Position numbers and translations under genes: made by a program. Source: Longimicrobiales bacterium (lineage in GTDB: Bacteria > Gemmatimonadota > Gemmatimonadetes > Longimicrobiales > RSA9). From it: a stretch of 64,000 nt of DNA. The notes beneath the pieces were generated by a model. That model saw only the letters and a list, made by a program, of their open reading frames with translations. It made no database searches and had not been told where the DNA came from. The stretch spans positions 24,666-88,665 of the forward strand of contig JAWODW010000052.1 in NCBI GenBank assembly GCA_046483065.1, written 5' to 3'. Positions 1-8,371 of the stretch are shown piece by piece; within the stretch, counting starts at the first letter, position 1; every line of letters starts with the position of its first letter.

Positions 1-205
1 CGCCCGGGCTCCAGCTCCACCACGTCGTATTCGATCTCCAGGCCCATCTGTCCCCAGATCCAGGTGACCTGGTCTGTCTGCCCGATCCGGCCCAGAGCGT
101 CATCCACGTACCAGCCCGTCAGTCGATCCGGGTCCGCCCACGCCTCCCACACCGCCTCCGTGGGTGCCTGGATCTCGACCTCGGCCTCAATCCTCTCTTC
201 GCTCA
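1..205 (-). CDS. SRPBCC/AHSA1-like domain protein, partial (C-terminal part lies beyond the window start)
   Basis: Runs off the window, so it is absent from the ORF track. Minus-strand GTG at 205 gives VSEERIEAEVEIQAPTEAVWEAWADPDRLTGWYVDDALGRIGQTDQVTWIWGQMGLEIEYDVVELEPG, a typical N-terminus of SRPBCC/Aha1-type proteins that often follow ArsR regulators. Overlaps the ArsR stop by 19 nt. Confidence 0.6.
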
Positions 206-858
206 CTGCTATCCCCTCTCTCTTCACTGGATTCCGTTTTCCCTTCCTCCCCCTCCCCCGGGATCGGGTAACACCCCAGCAGCAGGCGGTACGGCCGACC
301 GGGCCCGGCGGCCCCCGATCCCGTCAGCGCCGGCGACGTGTACTTCGACACGATCGCCCCGAACAGCTCACGGACCGAACGAGCGAACAGCGCCCGCTGT
401 TCCGCCGTCTCGAAGCGGAACTCCGCGTCCAGAGTGAACGTGGGAACCGGTCGGCCGGCGGCCTCCGATTCGCGCATCACCTCTCCAAGCTCCGCCTCCG
501 CACGCGTCTGCAGCGCCAGCAGCCGCGCCGCCGTCTCCGGATCCGTCTCCAACTCGCCCGGCGACAGCCCACCCAGCACCTCGGACGCGAGAACGTAGCT
601 CTCCGCCGTGGCGGCGTACACCTTCTCCACAACGTTGCCTGCACGGCGCTCTTCCGCCAGACGCAGGAACCCGTGCTCCACCAGCCGCTGCACGTGGTAG
701 TTGATCTTCTGCGGCTTCTGCCCCAGTCGGCGGGCCAGCTCCGCCGCCGAGCCCGGCTCCCTCGCCGCCTCCATGATCTGCAGCCGCAGCGGGTGCAGCA
801 GCACCTCGGCCCGGTCCCGGTCCCCCACGACCTCGATCCCCTGTGTGATGGCGTTCAT
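187..858 (-). CDS. ArsR/SmtB-family winged-helix transcriptional regulator
   Basis: ORF 187..912. wHTH block LRLQIMEAAREPGSAAELARRLGQKPQKINYHVQRLVEHGFL. Start placed at ATG 858 (MNAITQ); ATG 876 or 912 are also possible. Confidence 0.75.
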   Translation of the reverse strand: MNAITQGIEVVGDRDRAEVLLHPLRLQIMEAAREPGSAAELARRLGQKPQKINYHVQRLVEHGFLRLAEERRAGNVVEKVYAATAESYVLASEVLGGLSPGELETDPETAARLLALQTRAEAELGEVMRESEAAGRPVPTFTLDAEFRFETAEQRALFARSVRELFGAIVSKYTSPALTGSGAAGPGRPYRLLLGCYPIPGEGEEGKTESSEERGDSSERRED

Positions 859-1066
859 ACAGGCAGGGTTGTACATACAAACGCACCTGTCAAGATCCCA
901 CGGGCGGGCCATCGCCGCCGTGGCGGCCGCGCTGAACGATCAAGGCGCAGGGCCCGACGGTGGGGAAAACGGCCCGCTGTATGCCCCCGACTCCGCGGTT
1001 CGGCGCTCTGTTCACCTGTCCGGACAGCTTGACGGTCCGGATGGTCGGCGTTCTGTTTGGGGCCGG

Positions 1067-1807
1067 ATGCGGAGGCTCTACTCATACCTGATCTGGGCGC
1101 TCATCGGTCTTCTGGCCGTGCTGTGGCTGCCGATTCTGACGGTGATCTTCATCGTCACGGCGCCGTTTGATCCCGGGCGTTATGCGGCGGGCCGCTGGTT
1201 CCGTCGTTCAGCGGTAGCGGCGGTGAAGCTGATCCCGGTGTGGGACTTCCGAACGGAGGGTGTGGTCATCGGGGACCCACGCCGTCCGTACGTGGCGGTG
1301 GCCAACCACGAGTCGTTTGCGGACATCTTCCTGATCAGCCATCTGCCCTGGGAGATGAAGTGGTTGTCGAAGGAAGGGATCTTCCGGATCCCGGTCATGG
1401 GGTGGATGATGAGCATGGCCGGTGACATCCGGGTCCGTCGCGGGGACCGGGACAGCCGTGCCGGGGCGCTGGACGAGATCCACGACCGGCTGGACAAGGG
1501 TGTCACGGTGATGATCCTGCCGGAGGGTACCCGGTCCCCGGATGGCCATCTCCAGCGCTTCCGGAACGGTGCCTTCAAGGTGGCCATCGAGCGCCAGCTT
1601 CCGGTCTTACCGATCGCCGTGGCCGGGACGGGTAACGCCATGGCGAAGCACTCGGGCGTCTTCAATCCGGCGCGTGCCATCGCCCGTGTCCTGGAGCCGG
1701 AGCCCACCGAGGGGCTCACTCTGGCGGATGTGCCGAAGCTACGGGACCGTGTCCGCGACCGGATCGCCGCCGCCCGGGACGAGCTCCGGGTGCGTCTGGA
1801 CGGCTGA
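1067..1807 (+). CDS. plsC: 1-acyl-sn-glycerol-3-phosphate acyltransferase (lysophospholipid acyltransferase family)
   Basis: Tail of ORF 701..1807 from ATG 1067 (MRRLYSYLIWALIG, N-terminal TM). Acyltransferase motifs NHESFAD (HX4D) and ILPEGTRS. Confidence 0.85.
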   Translation: MRRLYSYLIWALIGLLAVLWLPILTVIFIVTAPFDPGRYAAGRWFRRSAVAAVKLIPVWDFRTEGVVIGDPRRPYVAVANHESFADIFLISHLPWEMKWLSKEGIFRIPVMGWMMSMAGDIRVRRGDRDSRAGALDEIHDRLDKGVTVMILPEGTRSPDGHLQRFRNGAFKVAIERQLPVLPIAVAGTGNAMAKHSGVFNPARAIARVLEPEPTEGLTLADVPKLRDRVRDRIAAARDELRVRLDG

Positions 1808-1839
1808 CCGGGGCCCCTCGCTTGCCGGGGAGGCCCCGG
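1808..1839 (+). terminator. GC-rich hairpin immediately after the plsC stop (possible terminator, no U-tract)
   Basis: ccggggcc (1808-1815) pairs with ggccccgg (1832-1839), with a 16-nt loop. No T-run follows, so this is weak. Confidence 0.25.
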
Positions 1840-2285
1840 GCAGGGTACTTTCGGGTACCGGATGCCCCTGTCCACATCCTCGGACTCCAGCGGAAGAGGA
1901 CGGTATGGAAGCGGGCCTGCTCGTGTCCCGGAGGGAGCCACCACAGCGGATGGTCATCGGGGCGCCCGACCGGTCGATCCTGCGGCGTCGCCGCAACCCG
2001 TGCAGGCACTTCACCGGCGACGAATCGCCGGCGCCACCCTCCTCCCGCCTTCGACCCGGGTGCCGGGGCGCCCTGCTCCGGGCCCGCCGTGAGTGCTGCT
2101 GTCCCGGGCTCCGCCAGCGGTACGGGACGTACCAGCCCATCCGGCTGCGCCGACGCCGGTCGTCGGAGGGCCGGGCCTAAGACCGAACGCGGTCGGACCG
2201 GGTCCGAGGCCCGCTTCCCTGACCGAGGCGGACGGATCGACCGGGGCTGACCCCGGGCAGCCGCCCCTCTGATGTCCGCTCGAAG

Positions 2286-3128
2286 CTATTCCTGCCGCTC
2301 CCGATAGAGCCGGAACCCATAGCCGCAGCTGGCGGTGGTGCACTCGACCATCCGGATCTCGAAGTAGTAGGTGCCGCCGGCCTTCACCAGGTCGAAGTCC
2401 ACGATGGGGACGTCGTCGTCCAGCACGTCGCTGGAGACCATGGCCCCACCGGCGTCGTAGACGGCGAGGTCCAGGTTGGAGCAGCCGTTGTCGCACACGG
2501 CCACACCCGCGAAGCGGCCGGGCGCGAGGTTGATGGAGAACCGGAGCTCCTCTCCGGCCCCTAAGAGCCCGGTGCGTTCATCGGCCACCTCTGCGCCATC
2601 GGGCGTCGGGATGGCCTCGAGCTGGATCCTGACCTGATCCTGCCACGTCGCAACACCGGCCGTGGGCCCGGTGCCGCCGTCTGCCTCGACGGCGTACCAT
2701 CGATAAGCGGCGTAGCATCGGGCCGTGGAGCAGTCGGGCATGGATGTCCCGATGACCACGTCGGCCTCCTGGTCGAGGGAGAAATCCAACACCGGGAATG
2801 CGTCTATCTCGCGGTCCGAGTCCAGGAGCTGCTCGGTATCCATACGGCTGACGATGAGGTCGATATCCGAGCAGTCGTCGTCGCAGGCTCCGATGACCAT
2901 GAAGCGGCCGGCGGGCAGGCGCAGGATGGTGGCGCCCTCTGCACCACTTATCATCCACCCCTCGGACTCTCCTTCCAGGACGTACTCTTCGCTCAGAGTG
3001 CTTTCCTCTACCTCATCGAGGTACGCGGTGACCTGCTCGGCGTAGGGGTTCTGGGCGGTGCCGGTGGCGGGCGAGGCGACGAGGGCGGCGGTGGCGAGGG
3101 CGGCCAGGGGCCGGCGGGCGCTGGTCAT
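2286..3128 (-). CDS. Secreted protein made of two tandem PPC-like (pre-peptidase C-terminal-like) Cys-containing domains
   Basis: ORF 2286..3197. Start set at MTSARRPLAALATAALVASPATGTAQ (signal peptide). Internal duplication LPAGRFMVIGACDDDCSDIDLIV...PVLDFSL...DCSTARCYAAYRWY versus LAPGRFAGVAVCDNGCSNLDLAVYD...PIVDFDL...ECTTASCGYGFRLY. Confidence 0.7.
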   Translation of the reverse strand: MTSARRPLAALATAALVASPATGTAQNPYAEQVTAYLDEVEESTLSEEYVLEGESEGWMISGAEGATILRLPAGRFMVIGACDDDCSDIDLIVSRMDTEQLLDSDREIDAFPVLDFSLDQEADVVIGTSMPDCSTARCYAAYRWYAVEADGGTGPTAGVATWQDQVRIQLEAIPTPDGAEVADERTGLLGAGEELRFSINLAPGRFAGVAVCDNGCSNLDLAVYDAGGAMVSSDVLDDDVPIVDFDLVKAGGTYYFEIRMVECTTASCGYGFRLYRERQE

Positions 3129-3235
3129 GGCGTGCTCCGTTCTCAGGGGGTCACGGTCGGCAGCCTCCAAGGTTGTGCGTGGCGAGTACGGGCACAACCG
3201 TTTCCTCTACTGCGGGGGATTCGGCGACCCGGGTC

Positions 3236-4258
3236 TCAACCGATCCAGCCGGCGCCCAGTGCGATGAAGAGGAGTGCCAGGGCGCCGAGGAGGCGGGGCA
3301 CGGTGTGGGTCCGGCGGGTGAGGAGGTAGAGGGTGAGGACGGCGCCGATGGGCGCGGCGAAGGCGTAGATGACGAGGAAGGTCATGAACACCTCCTGGAT
3401 CCAGACGCCGAGGAGGTGGGTCGGTGCCAGTGCGGCCAGGCCGGTGCCGCCGACGAGCGGGGCGCCGATGTTCTCCACGATATCGATGGCCACGAACCCC
3501 AGGGCGAAGACGGCCCCGACCTCCAGGTAGAGCCGGGCTTCCTCCCGGACTTTCCGGCGGAAGGGCGCCACCACGAGGCCGGTGAGCCCGCGCACCAGGA
3601 GCGCCGGCGGCGATCCGGGGCGGTTGTAGTAGTAGAAAAGCCGGAGCCGGTGGCTCCAGCGCACGAAGGCGCCGGCCAGGGGCACCCGGTCGAGCCAGCC
3701 GCCGGTTCCGCCCAGGAGGGTGACGGCGATGAGGGCGGTGATGGCGAACACGCCCTCGGGCCCGCCATCCGTCCCCGTGAGTCCGCCCAGCGCGGCCCCG
3801 GCCACCATGAGGACCAGGACGTCACCGACGAAGCGGATGGCCCGGCGAGCCCGACCCCGGGCGTGCCACTTCACCGTCCACGCCGGTGGCTCCCGGAGCA
3901 CGTCGTCGGCCAGTGGGGGCATGAAGGACAGCTCCAGCGGCGGGCGCCCGTCCCGCTGCCGGCGCTGCTGCTGGACGTTGTGGTAGCGGACCATGCGTGG
4001 CAGCGCCCGGGCGTCGAGGATCCACCAGACCAGGAAACCGCCCCCGGTGAGGAGCATGAGGATGCCGGTCCCGGGCCGCTCCAGGTAGAACCGGTGGCCG
4101 CCCGCCCAGCCGAAGAGGAGCCAGAGGACCCGGGCCACGCTCAGGTTCTTGCGACGGTAGGCGTACAGGTCCTCCAGGACCTCCTGGGCGAAATCGGCAT
4201 CCATGCTGGGATCGGACGGCTCGGCCGCGGATCCGCCGGAAGGCGCCTCGGGTTTCAT
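3236..4258 (-). CDS. TM2 domain-containing integral membrane protein
   Basis: 340-aa ORF. TM2-like block VLWLLFGWAGGHRFYLERPGTGILMLLTGGGFLVWWILD, followed by several more predicted TM helices. Confidence 0.8.
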   Translation of the reverse strand: MKPEAPSGGSAAEPSDPSMDADFAQEVLEDLYAYRRKNLSVARVLWLLFGWAGGHRFYLERPGTGILMLLTGGGFLVWWILDARALPRMVRYHNVQQQRRQRDGRPPLELSFMPPLADDVLREPPAWTVKWHARGRARRAIRFVGDVLVLMVAGAALGGLTGTDGGPEGVFAITALIAVTLLGGTGGWLDRVPLAGAFVRWSHRLRLFYYYNRPGSPPALLVRGLTGLVVAPFRRKVREEARLYLEVGAVFALGFVAIDIVENIGAPLVGGTGLAALAPTHLLGVWIQEVFMTFLVIYAFAAPIGAVLTLYLLTRRTHTVPRLLGALALLFIALGAGWIG

Positions 4259-4270
4259 CCCCTGCCCTCC

Positions 4271-4495
4271 CTACGCCGAGCTCGAGGGATCCGAAGCCTC
4301 CGGCTCCTCGGCGAGCACGGCTCGGGTGGCGGCCGCCGACATGTCGAGCCTCGCGCCGATCTCGGCCAGGAGGTGTCGCTCGCTCGGATCGTAGTCCCGA
4401 TCGGCTACGGCCACGCGGCGCCCCCGCTCCCGGACGCGGCCCAGGGGCACGCCCAGGGATCGGCGCTGGTCCAGGACGGTCACGAGCTCGTACAT
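4271..4495 (-). CDS. Hypothetical small protein (74 aa) just upstream of the TM2 gene
   Basis: Part of ORF 4271..4579, from ATG 4495 (MYELVTVLDQRRSLG...). Ends 13 nt before the TM2 start. No recognisable domain and a weak RBS. Confidence 0.35.
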   Translation of the reverse strand: MYELVTVLDQRRSLGVPLGRVRERGRRVAVADRDYDPSERHLLAEIGARLDMSAAATRAVLAEEPEASDPSSSA

Positions 4496-4696
4496 CCGAT
4501 CGTCGTGGCACGGCGGACGGTGAAACCGCCCGGAGCCCGCAGAACGCGTATAGCTGCTTCGGAAGGTGCCCACGCGCATCGATCCCGTAAGGGTTCACAG
4601 GGTTGATCCGTTTCGTATTGTAGGGTTTTGGGCAGACCGTCGCACGGGACGGAGTCGGCCGGGAGCATCGTGGGCCGGCCCCGGAAGCCGGGGGCG

Positions 4697-5293
4697 TCAT
4701 GAAACGCTGGTCTCTGCCTCCAGCGTGCTCACGATGTGGTCGAGCTCGTCCACGTGCCCATCCACGTCCCGGTACCGATACGCCCCGACCAGCGCACGGT
4801 AGTACCAGAGCGTCCCCGACCGACCGCCTTCGTAGCGACCCCACGCCTTCTCGCCGTGGGCCCGGTAGTCCTGGAGGATCGAGCGCGCGGTGGCCAGCTT
4901 GTCGGCGGCTGAGACCCGGACCGCGGCGCCATCGGCCTCCGTCCAGAGCCGGTGAATGTACTGTTCCTTTATGGCTTTCCAGCTCTCGCGGTCCTCGGCC
5001 GCCGCGTCTCCATCGGTGCACGCCACCACGATATCGGCCGTCCGGTCCCCGAACGCGTCGCGGATCCGTGACTCCCGGGACTCGGCCTCTCCTTCCGTGG
5101 GTGCCGATGTCAGGGCGTCGTGGAAGAGCCCGGCAATGGCCTCGTCCTCGTCCCCTCCGGCCTCGAGCACCATTCCCGCTACCTGGAGGAGGTGGGCGGC
5201 GTGCGGCGGGTCGGACTCCCCGTCGTCGCCCGCGTGAAGGTCCCGGGCCACCTCAAGGGCGTCGACAAAACGATCGGTCAACTGCGTCGGCAT
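4697..5293 (-). CDS. HD domain-containing metal-dependent phosphohydrolase
   Basis: 198-aa ORF. H...HD pattern (PPHAAHLLQVAG ... IAGLFHDALT). A short GC hairpin (ccccgg aag ccgggg, about 4677-4691) lies just 3' of the stop. Confidence 0.75.
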   Translation of the reverse strand: MPTQLTDRFVDALEVARDLHAGDDGESDPPHAAHLLQVAGMVLEAGGDEDEAIAGLFHDALTSAPTEGEAESRESRIRDAFGDRTADIVVACTDGDAAAEDRESWKAIKEQYIHRLWTEADGAAVRVSAADKLATARSILQDYRAHGEKAWGRYEGGRSGTLWYYRALVGAYRYRDVDGHVDELDHIVSTLEAETSVS

Positions 5294-5362
5294 CCTGTGG
5301 GGCTCCTCTACTGTGTGAAGGGTAGCACAATAAGTTGATGCAGCAACGGTGCCGCCGCTGCG

Positions 5363-6007
5363 TCAGCCGCCGCTCAGCCACGCGCAATACAGGACCCCGC
5401 CGTACGACGACGGCCGCTCTCCGACCACCCGGGGCGCCCCGAGCTCCTCATCGGCGGCCACCTCCTCCAAGCGGGCCACCGGCAGCGGGTGGGGGACCCA
5501 CGGGTTCGGCGGGCGGTCCTGGTACTCCACAACCACCAGCCGCCCGCCCGGTGTCAGCCGCTCGGCGAACTGCCGCAGCGTCCGCCCGGGCTCCGGATCG
5601 AAGTGGAGCGCGTTGGCGAAGAGCGCCCCGTCGAGGGTCCGGCCTTCAAGCGCCGGGATACTTCCGGGCTCCTTGAAGTCGCCCACCGCCGGGACCACAG
5701 CCGCGAGGGCATCGGCCCCACCTTGGGGGGCGGCCCTGGACCGGAGCCCCTGGCGGAGCGAGTCCAGTGCGGCCGCCTCCCGGTCCACGGCCGCCACCCA
5801 CCCCCGGAGTCCCAGCAGCTCCGCCAGGGCGAAGGTGAACGTCCCGCTCCCCGACCCGAGGTCGGCCCAGGTCGGGCCGACCGGCCGACCTGCGTCGTCC
5901 AGCACTGCGCCCTGGATCAGCTCTTTCGCTTCGTCGCTCGTCAAAACCACACTCCCCGGCCGCCGTACAGCCGTCTTGTCCACACCACCTCGCCGCGCCA
6001 GCTTCAC
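5363..6007 (-). CDS. Class I SAM-dependent methyltransferase
   Basis: 214-aa ORF with SAM motif I WADLGSGSGTFTFALA and the later LTPGGRLVVVEY block. Confidence 0.8.
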   Translation of the reverse strand: MKLARRGGVDKTAVRRPGSVVLTSDEAKELIQGAVLDDAGRPVGPTWADLGSGSGTFTFALAELLGLRGWVAAVDREAAALDSLRQGLRSRAAPQGGADALAAVVPAVGDFKEPGSIPALEGRTLDGALFANALHFDPEPGRTLRQFAERLTPGGRLVVVEYQDRPPNPWVPHPLPVARLEEVAADEELGAPRVVGERPSSYGGVLYCAWLSGG

Positions 6008-6046
6008 CGTGTAGCAGAGACACCCAAACTACCGGACACCACCGCC

Positions 6047-6658
6047 ATGAGCATAGACACCGCATCGCTGTCGGGGCGTCAGCGCTATCGCCTCATCACG
6101 TCCCTCGTTGTCCCGCGGCCCATCGGCTGGATCTCGACCTACTCCGCCGGCGGGCGGCGCAACCTGGCGCCATTCAGCTACTTCAACGCACTGTCCGTGG
6201 CACCGATCCTGGTCGGCGCCTCCATCGGTCTTCGCGGCGGATCCCCGAAAGACACCCTGTCCAACATCCGTGCGACAGCGGCGTTCGCCGTCAATATCGT
6301 GACGGAGCGCCACCTGGAAGCCATGGTCCGCACCGCCGGCGACTGGGCGCCGGATGTGGACGAGTTCGAAGAGGCCGGACTCGTCGCCGCCGAGGCCACC
6401 ACGGTCGATGCACCGTACGTCACTGATGCCGCCGCGGTCTTCGAATGTCGGCTCTTCCGGGAGGTGGAGCTCGGGGCGGCGCCGAATACGCTGATCATCG
6501 GCGAGGTCGTGGCGATCCACCTCTCGGAGACGCTGGAGGTGGATCCGGATACCATGCACGTCGACCCGGCATCGCTCCGGCCTGTCGGGCGGCTGGGCCT
6601 CGACGAGTACACGCTCCTCGGCGAGCTTCGCCACGTGCCCCGGCCCCGGGTGGAGTGA
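6047..6658 (+). CDS. Flavin reductase family protein (FMN-binding split barrel)
   Basis: Tail of ORF 5489..6658 from ATG 6047. Contains YRLITSLVVPRPIGWISTYSAGGRRNLAPFSYFNALS, typical of the flavin reductase-like domain. Confidence 0.85.
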   Translation: MSIDTASLSGRQRYRLITSLVVPRPIGWISTYSAGGRRNLAPFSYFNALSVAPILVGASIGLRGGSPKDTLSNIRATAAFAVNIVTERHLEAMVRTAGDWAPDVDEFEEAGLVAAEATTVDAPYVTDAAAVFECRLFREVELGAAPNTLIIGEVVAIHLSETLEVDPDTMHVDPASLRPVGRLGLDEYTLLGELRHVPRPRVE

Positions 6659-6709
6659 TCCTTCACCGGGGCCGGTGCCCCGCCCTGCCATGCCGGGACG
6701 CTTTCCCGG

Positions 6710-6958
6710 CTACTCCGTCACGAACCACCGCCGCCGGACCCACCACACCGCGCCCAGCACGACCAGGACCATGATCGGCCCGGTCAGGATCATGAACCAC
6801 GCCCGGTCCTGCGTGGCGTCGAACTCGCGGATCGCCTCGTCCTCGTCCCGGATCCGGGCCAGGTGGCCCAGCACATCCGCGTAGCCGTACCACCACGCGT
6901 AGTCGGGACTCATGTGGAACGCGCCCTTGTACGACTTCAGGTTCGAGAAGAAGAACAT
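6710..6958 (-). CDS. C-terminal fragment of the HAO-like cytochrome: helical region plus TM anchor
   Basis: MFFFSNLKSYKGAFHMSPDYAWWYGYADV... then a TM helix FMILTGPIMVLVVLGAVWWVRRRW. In frame with the upstream ORF across TAG. Confidence 0.5.
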   Translation of the reverse strand: MFFFSNLKSYKGAFHMSPDYAWWYGYADVLGHLARIRDEDEAIREFDATQDRAWFMILTGPIMVLVVLGAVWWVRRRWFVTE

Positions 6959-6997
6959 GTCGAAGTAATCCCGCTCGGTGGCCGTATAGCGAGGGCC

Positions 6998-7894
6998 CTA
7001 GGGGAGCCCGGCCGCCAGCTGGCCGTGGCTCGCATCGATGCGGTCGTCCTCGTAGAGACCCTGGAGGATCTCCCGAGCCTCGATCACCAGCGCATCGCCC
7101 GCCAGCTTGTGGGCGTCGGCCGACCGGAGGTACTCGCTGGCCTTCACCTCCGAGTGGCACGTCATGCAGACCCGGACCATTTCGTCTCGCTTCGCCCGGT
7201 TCTCGGGCTGGACCACGATGTCCTCCAGCTGACCCTCCGCCGGCTGCGTGCCCATCCCCCAGATGATCTTCCGGGTCATATTGTGGCTCGACGTCCGGTT
7301 CCCCTCGTCGTCCACGTAGACCATGTGGCAGTACGCGCACGTCGGAGCATCCCACTCGGCCTCCGGCAGCGGGGTACCCCAGTCCCAGCCATCGCCCAGC
7401 GCCGCGTAGATGGGCCCGTGCTTCGAGCTCATGTACGCCTCGTAGTTCGGGTGGTCCGGGCCCATGTGGCACGTATAGCACGACTCGGGCTTCCGCGCCT
7501 CCTCCAGGCTGAAGGAGTGCCGCGTGTGGCACGCGATGCACCCGTTCCGGTACGTGAGGCTGCTCCCGTCGATGTACTGCTGCAGCGAGTCGCTCCAGAG
7601 CGAGTCCGCCGTGGCCCCCGCCTGCGTGTGGCACGGGTCGCACCCCATCTCCATCACCTTTCGCGGCATCTGCTGATAGTTCGGCACCGCGATGTTCCGG
7701 TCCCAGTTGATCCCGATCCCCGCCGGGCCGGGACCGTAGGAATGACCCGCGTCCAGAACGTGCTCCTGGTAGATCTGCGGGTGACACGCCGCGCACCGGA
7801 TCTCCGGGCCCCGGCCCTTGCTGGCCGTGATCAGCGTGTGGTCCGTGCCGTGGCAGTCCGCGTCCGTCACCGCATGAGCGGGGAACTCCGGCAT
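6998..7894 (-). CDS. Central fragment of the HAO-family multiheme cytochrome c (six CxxCH)
   Basis: CAACH, CDPCH, CIACH, CYTCH, CAYCH, CMTCH. The block CIACHTRHSFSLEEARKPESCYTCHMGPDHPNYEAYMSSKHG matches my recollection of the HAO core. No signal peptide of its own. Confidence 0.6.
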   Translation of the reverse strand: MPEFPAHAVTDADCHGTDHTLITASKGRGPEIRCAACHPQIYQEHVLDAGHSYGPGPAGIGINWDRNIAVPNYQQMPRKVMEMGCDPCHTQAGATADSLWSDSLQQYIDGSSLTYRNGCIACHTRHSFSLEEARKPESCYTCHMGPDHPNYEAYMSSKHGPIYAALGDGWDWGTPLPEAEWDAPTCAYCHMVYVDDEGNRTSSHNMTRKIIWGMGTQPAEGQLEDIVVQPENRAKRDEMVRVCMTCHSEVKASEYLRSADAHKLAGDALVIEAREILQGLYEDDRIDASHGQLAAGLP

Positions 7895-7906
7895 GAAGCC
7901 CGGGGC

Positions 7907-8194
7907 TCACGCACCTGCTCCACGAACACATCGAACGAAAGGGGTGTGCGCACCAGCGTCGGGCCCACGCCCCCCCTCCCCGCTCGCGCCGTGACAGCCC
8001 AGACACCCACGGGATATGTAGAGGTACTCCCCCGACGGTTCGCCCGCGGCGTCCCCGACCTGGACCGCTTCGCCGGCTTCGGCCTCCTGGGGCGATGCCG
8101 GGTCGGGGGCCGCCTCCTGCGCGGCCCCAGGGACCGCCCCGGCGGGGCCCGCCATGAGTGTCCCGAGAGCGAAAGCGAACAGGATCGTACGCAT
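7907..8194 (-). CDS. N-terminal fragment of the HAO-like cytochrome: signal peptide plus first heme site (CLGCH)
   Basis: MRTILFAFALGTLMAGPAGA signal peptide, then GCLGCHGASGEGG. Ends at TGA, in frame with the next ORF. Confidence 0.5.
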   Translation of the reverse strand: MRTILFAFALGTLMAGPAGAVPGAAQEAAPDPASPQEAEAGEAVQVGDAAGEPSGEYLYISRGCLGCHGASGEGGRGPDAGAHTPFVRCVRGAGA

Positions 8195-8371
8195 GAAGCC
8201 CCCGTAGAAGGGGTGGAGCAGGGCGCGGGACTTCGCCGGACTGCGGCCAATATAGGCGGGCCGCGTAAAGAAGACAAAGTTATCCTAAATACCGCCTGCG
8301 GAATGCTCAACGGGGTGGTAAGTTGCCCAGCGTGGTGACCGGGAACCCATCACGTTTACGCAGGGAGCCGT

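Larger units (their letters stand above)
6710..8194 (-). pseudogene. HAO-family (hydroxylamine oxidoreductase-like) octaheme cytochrome c gene interrupted by in-frame TGA and TAG (pseudogene or recoded gene)
   Basis: Three track ORFs (7907..8194, 6998..7894, 6710..6958) share one frame (low coordinates all = 2 mod 3). They are separated only by TGA (7907-7909) plus 4 sense codons, and TAG (6998-7000) plus 13 sense codons. Together they give a signal peptide, 7 CxxCH motifs plus one degenerate DADCH, an HAO-like C-terminal helical region and a TM anchor. Confidence 0.6.

Noticed and set aside
7907-7909. In-frame TGA as a selenocysteine codon in the HAO-like gene
   Set aside because: I could not see a convincing SECIS-type hairpin in the 60 nt downstream. 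The position does not correspond to a known Cys/Sec site, and the second interruption is TAG, which Sec decoding cannot explain. It is kept only as a low-probability alternative inside the main finding.
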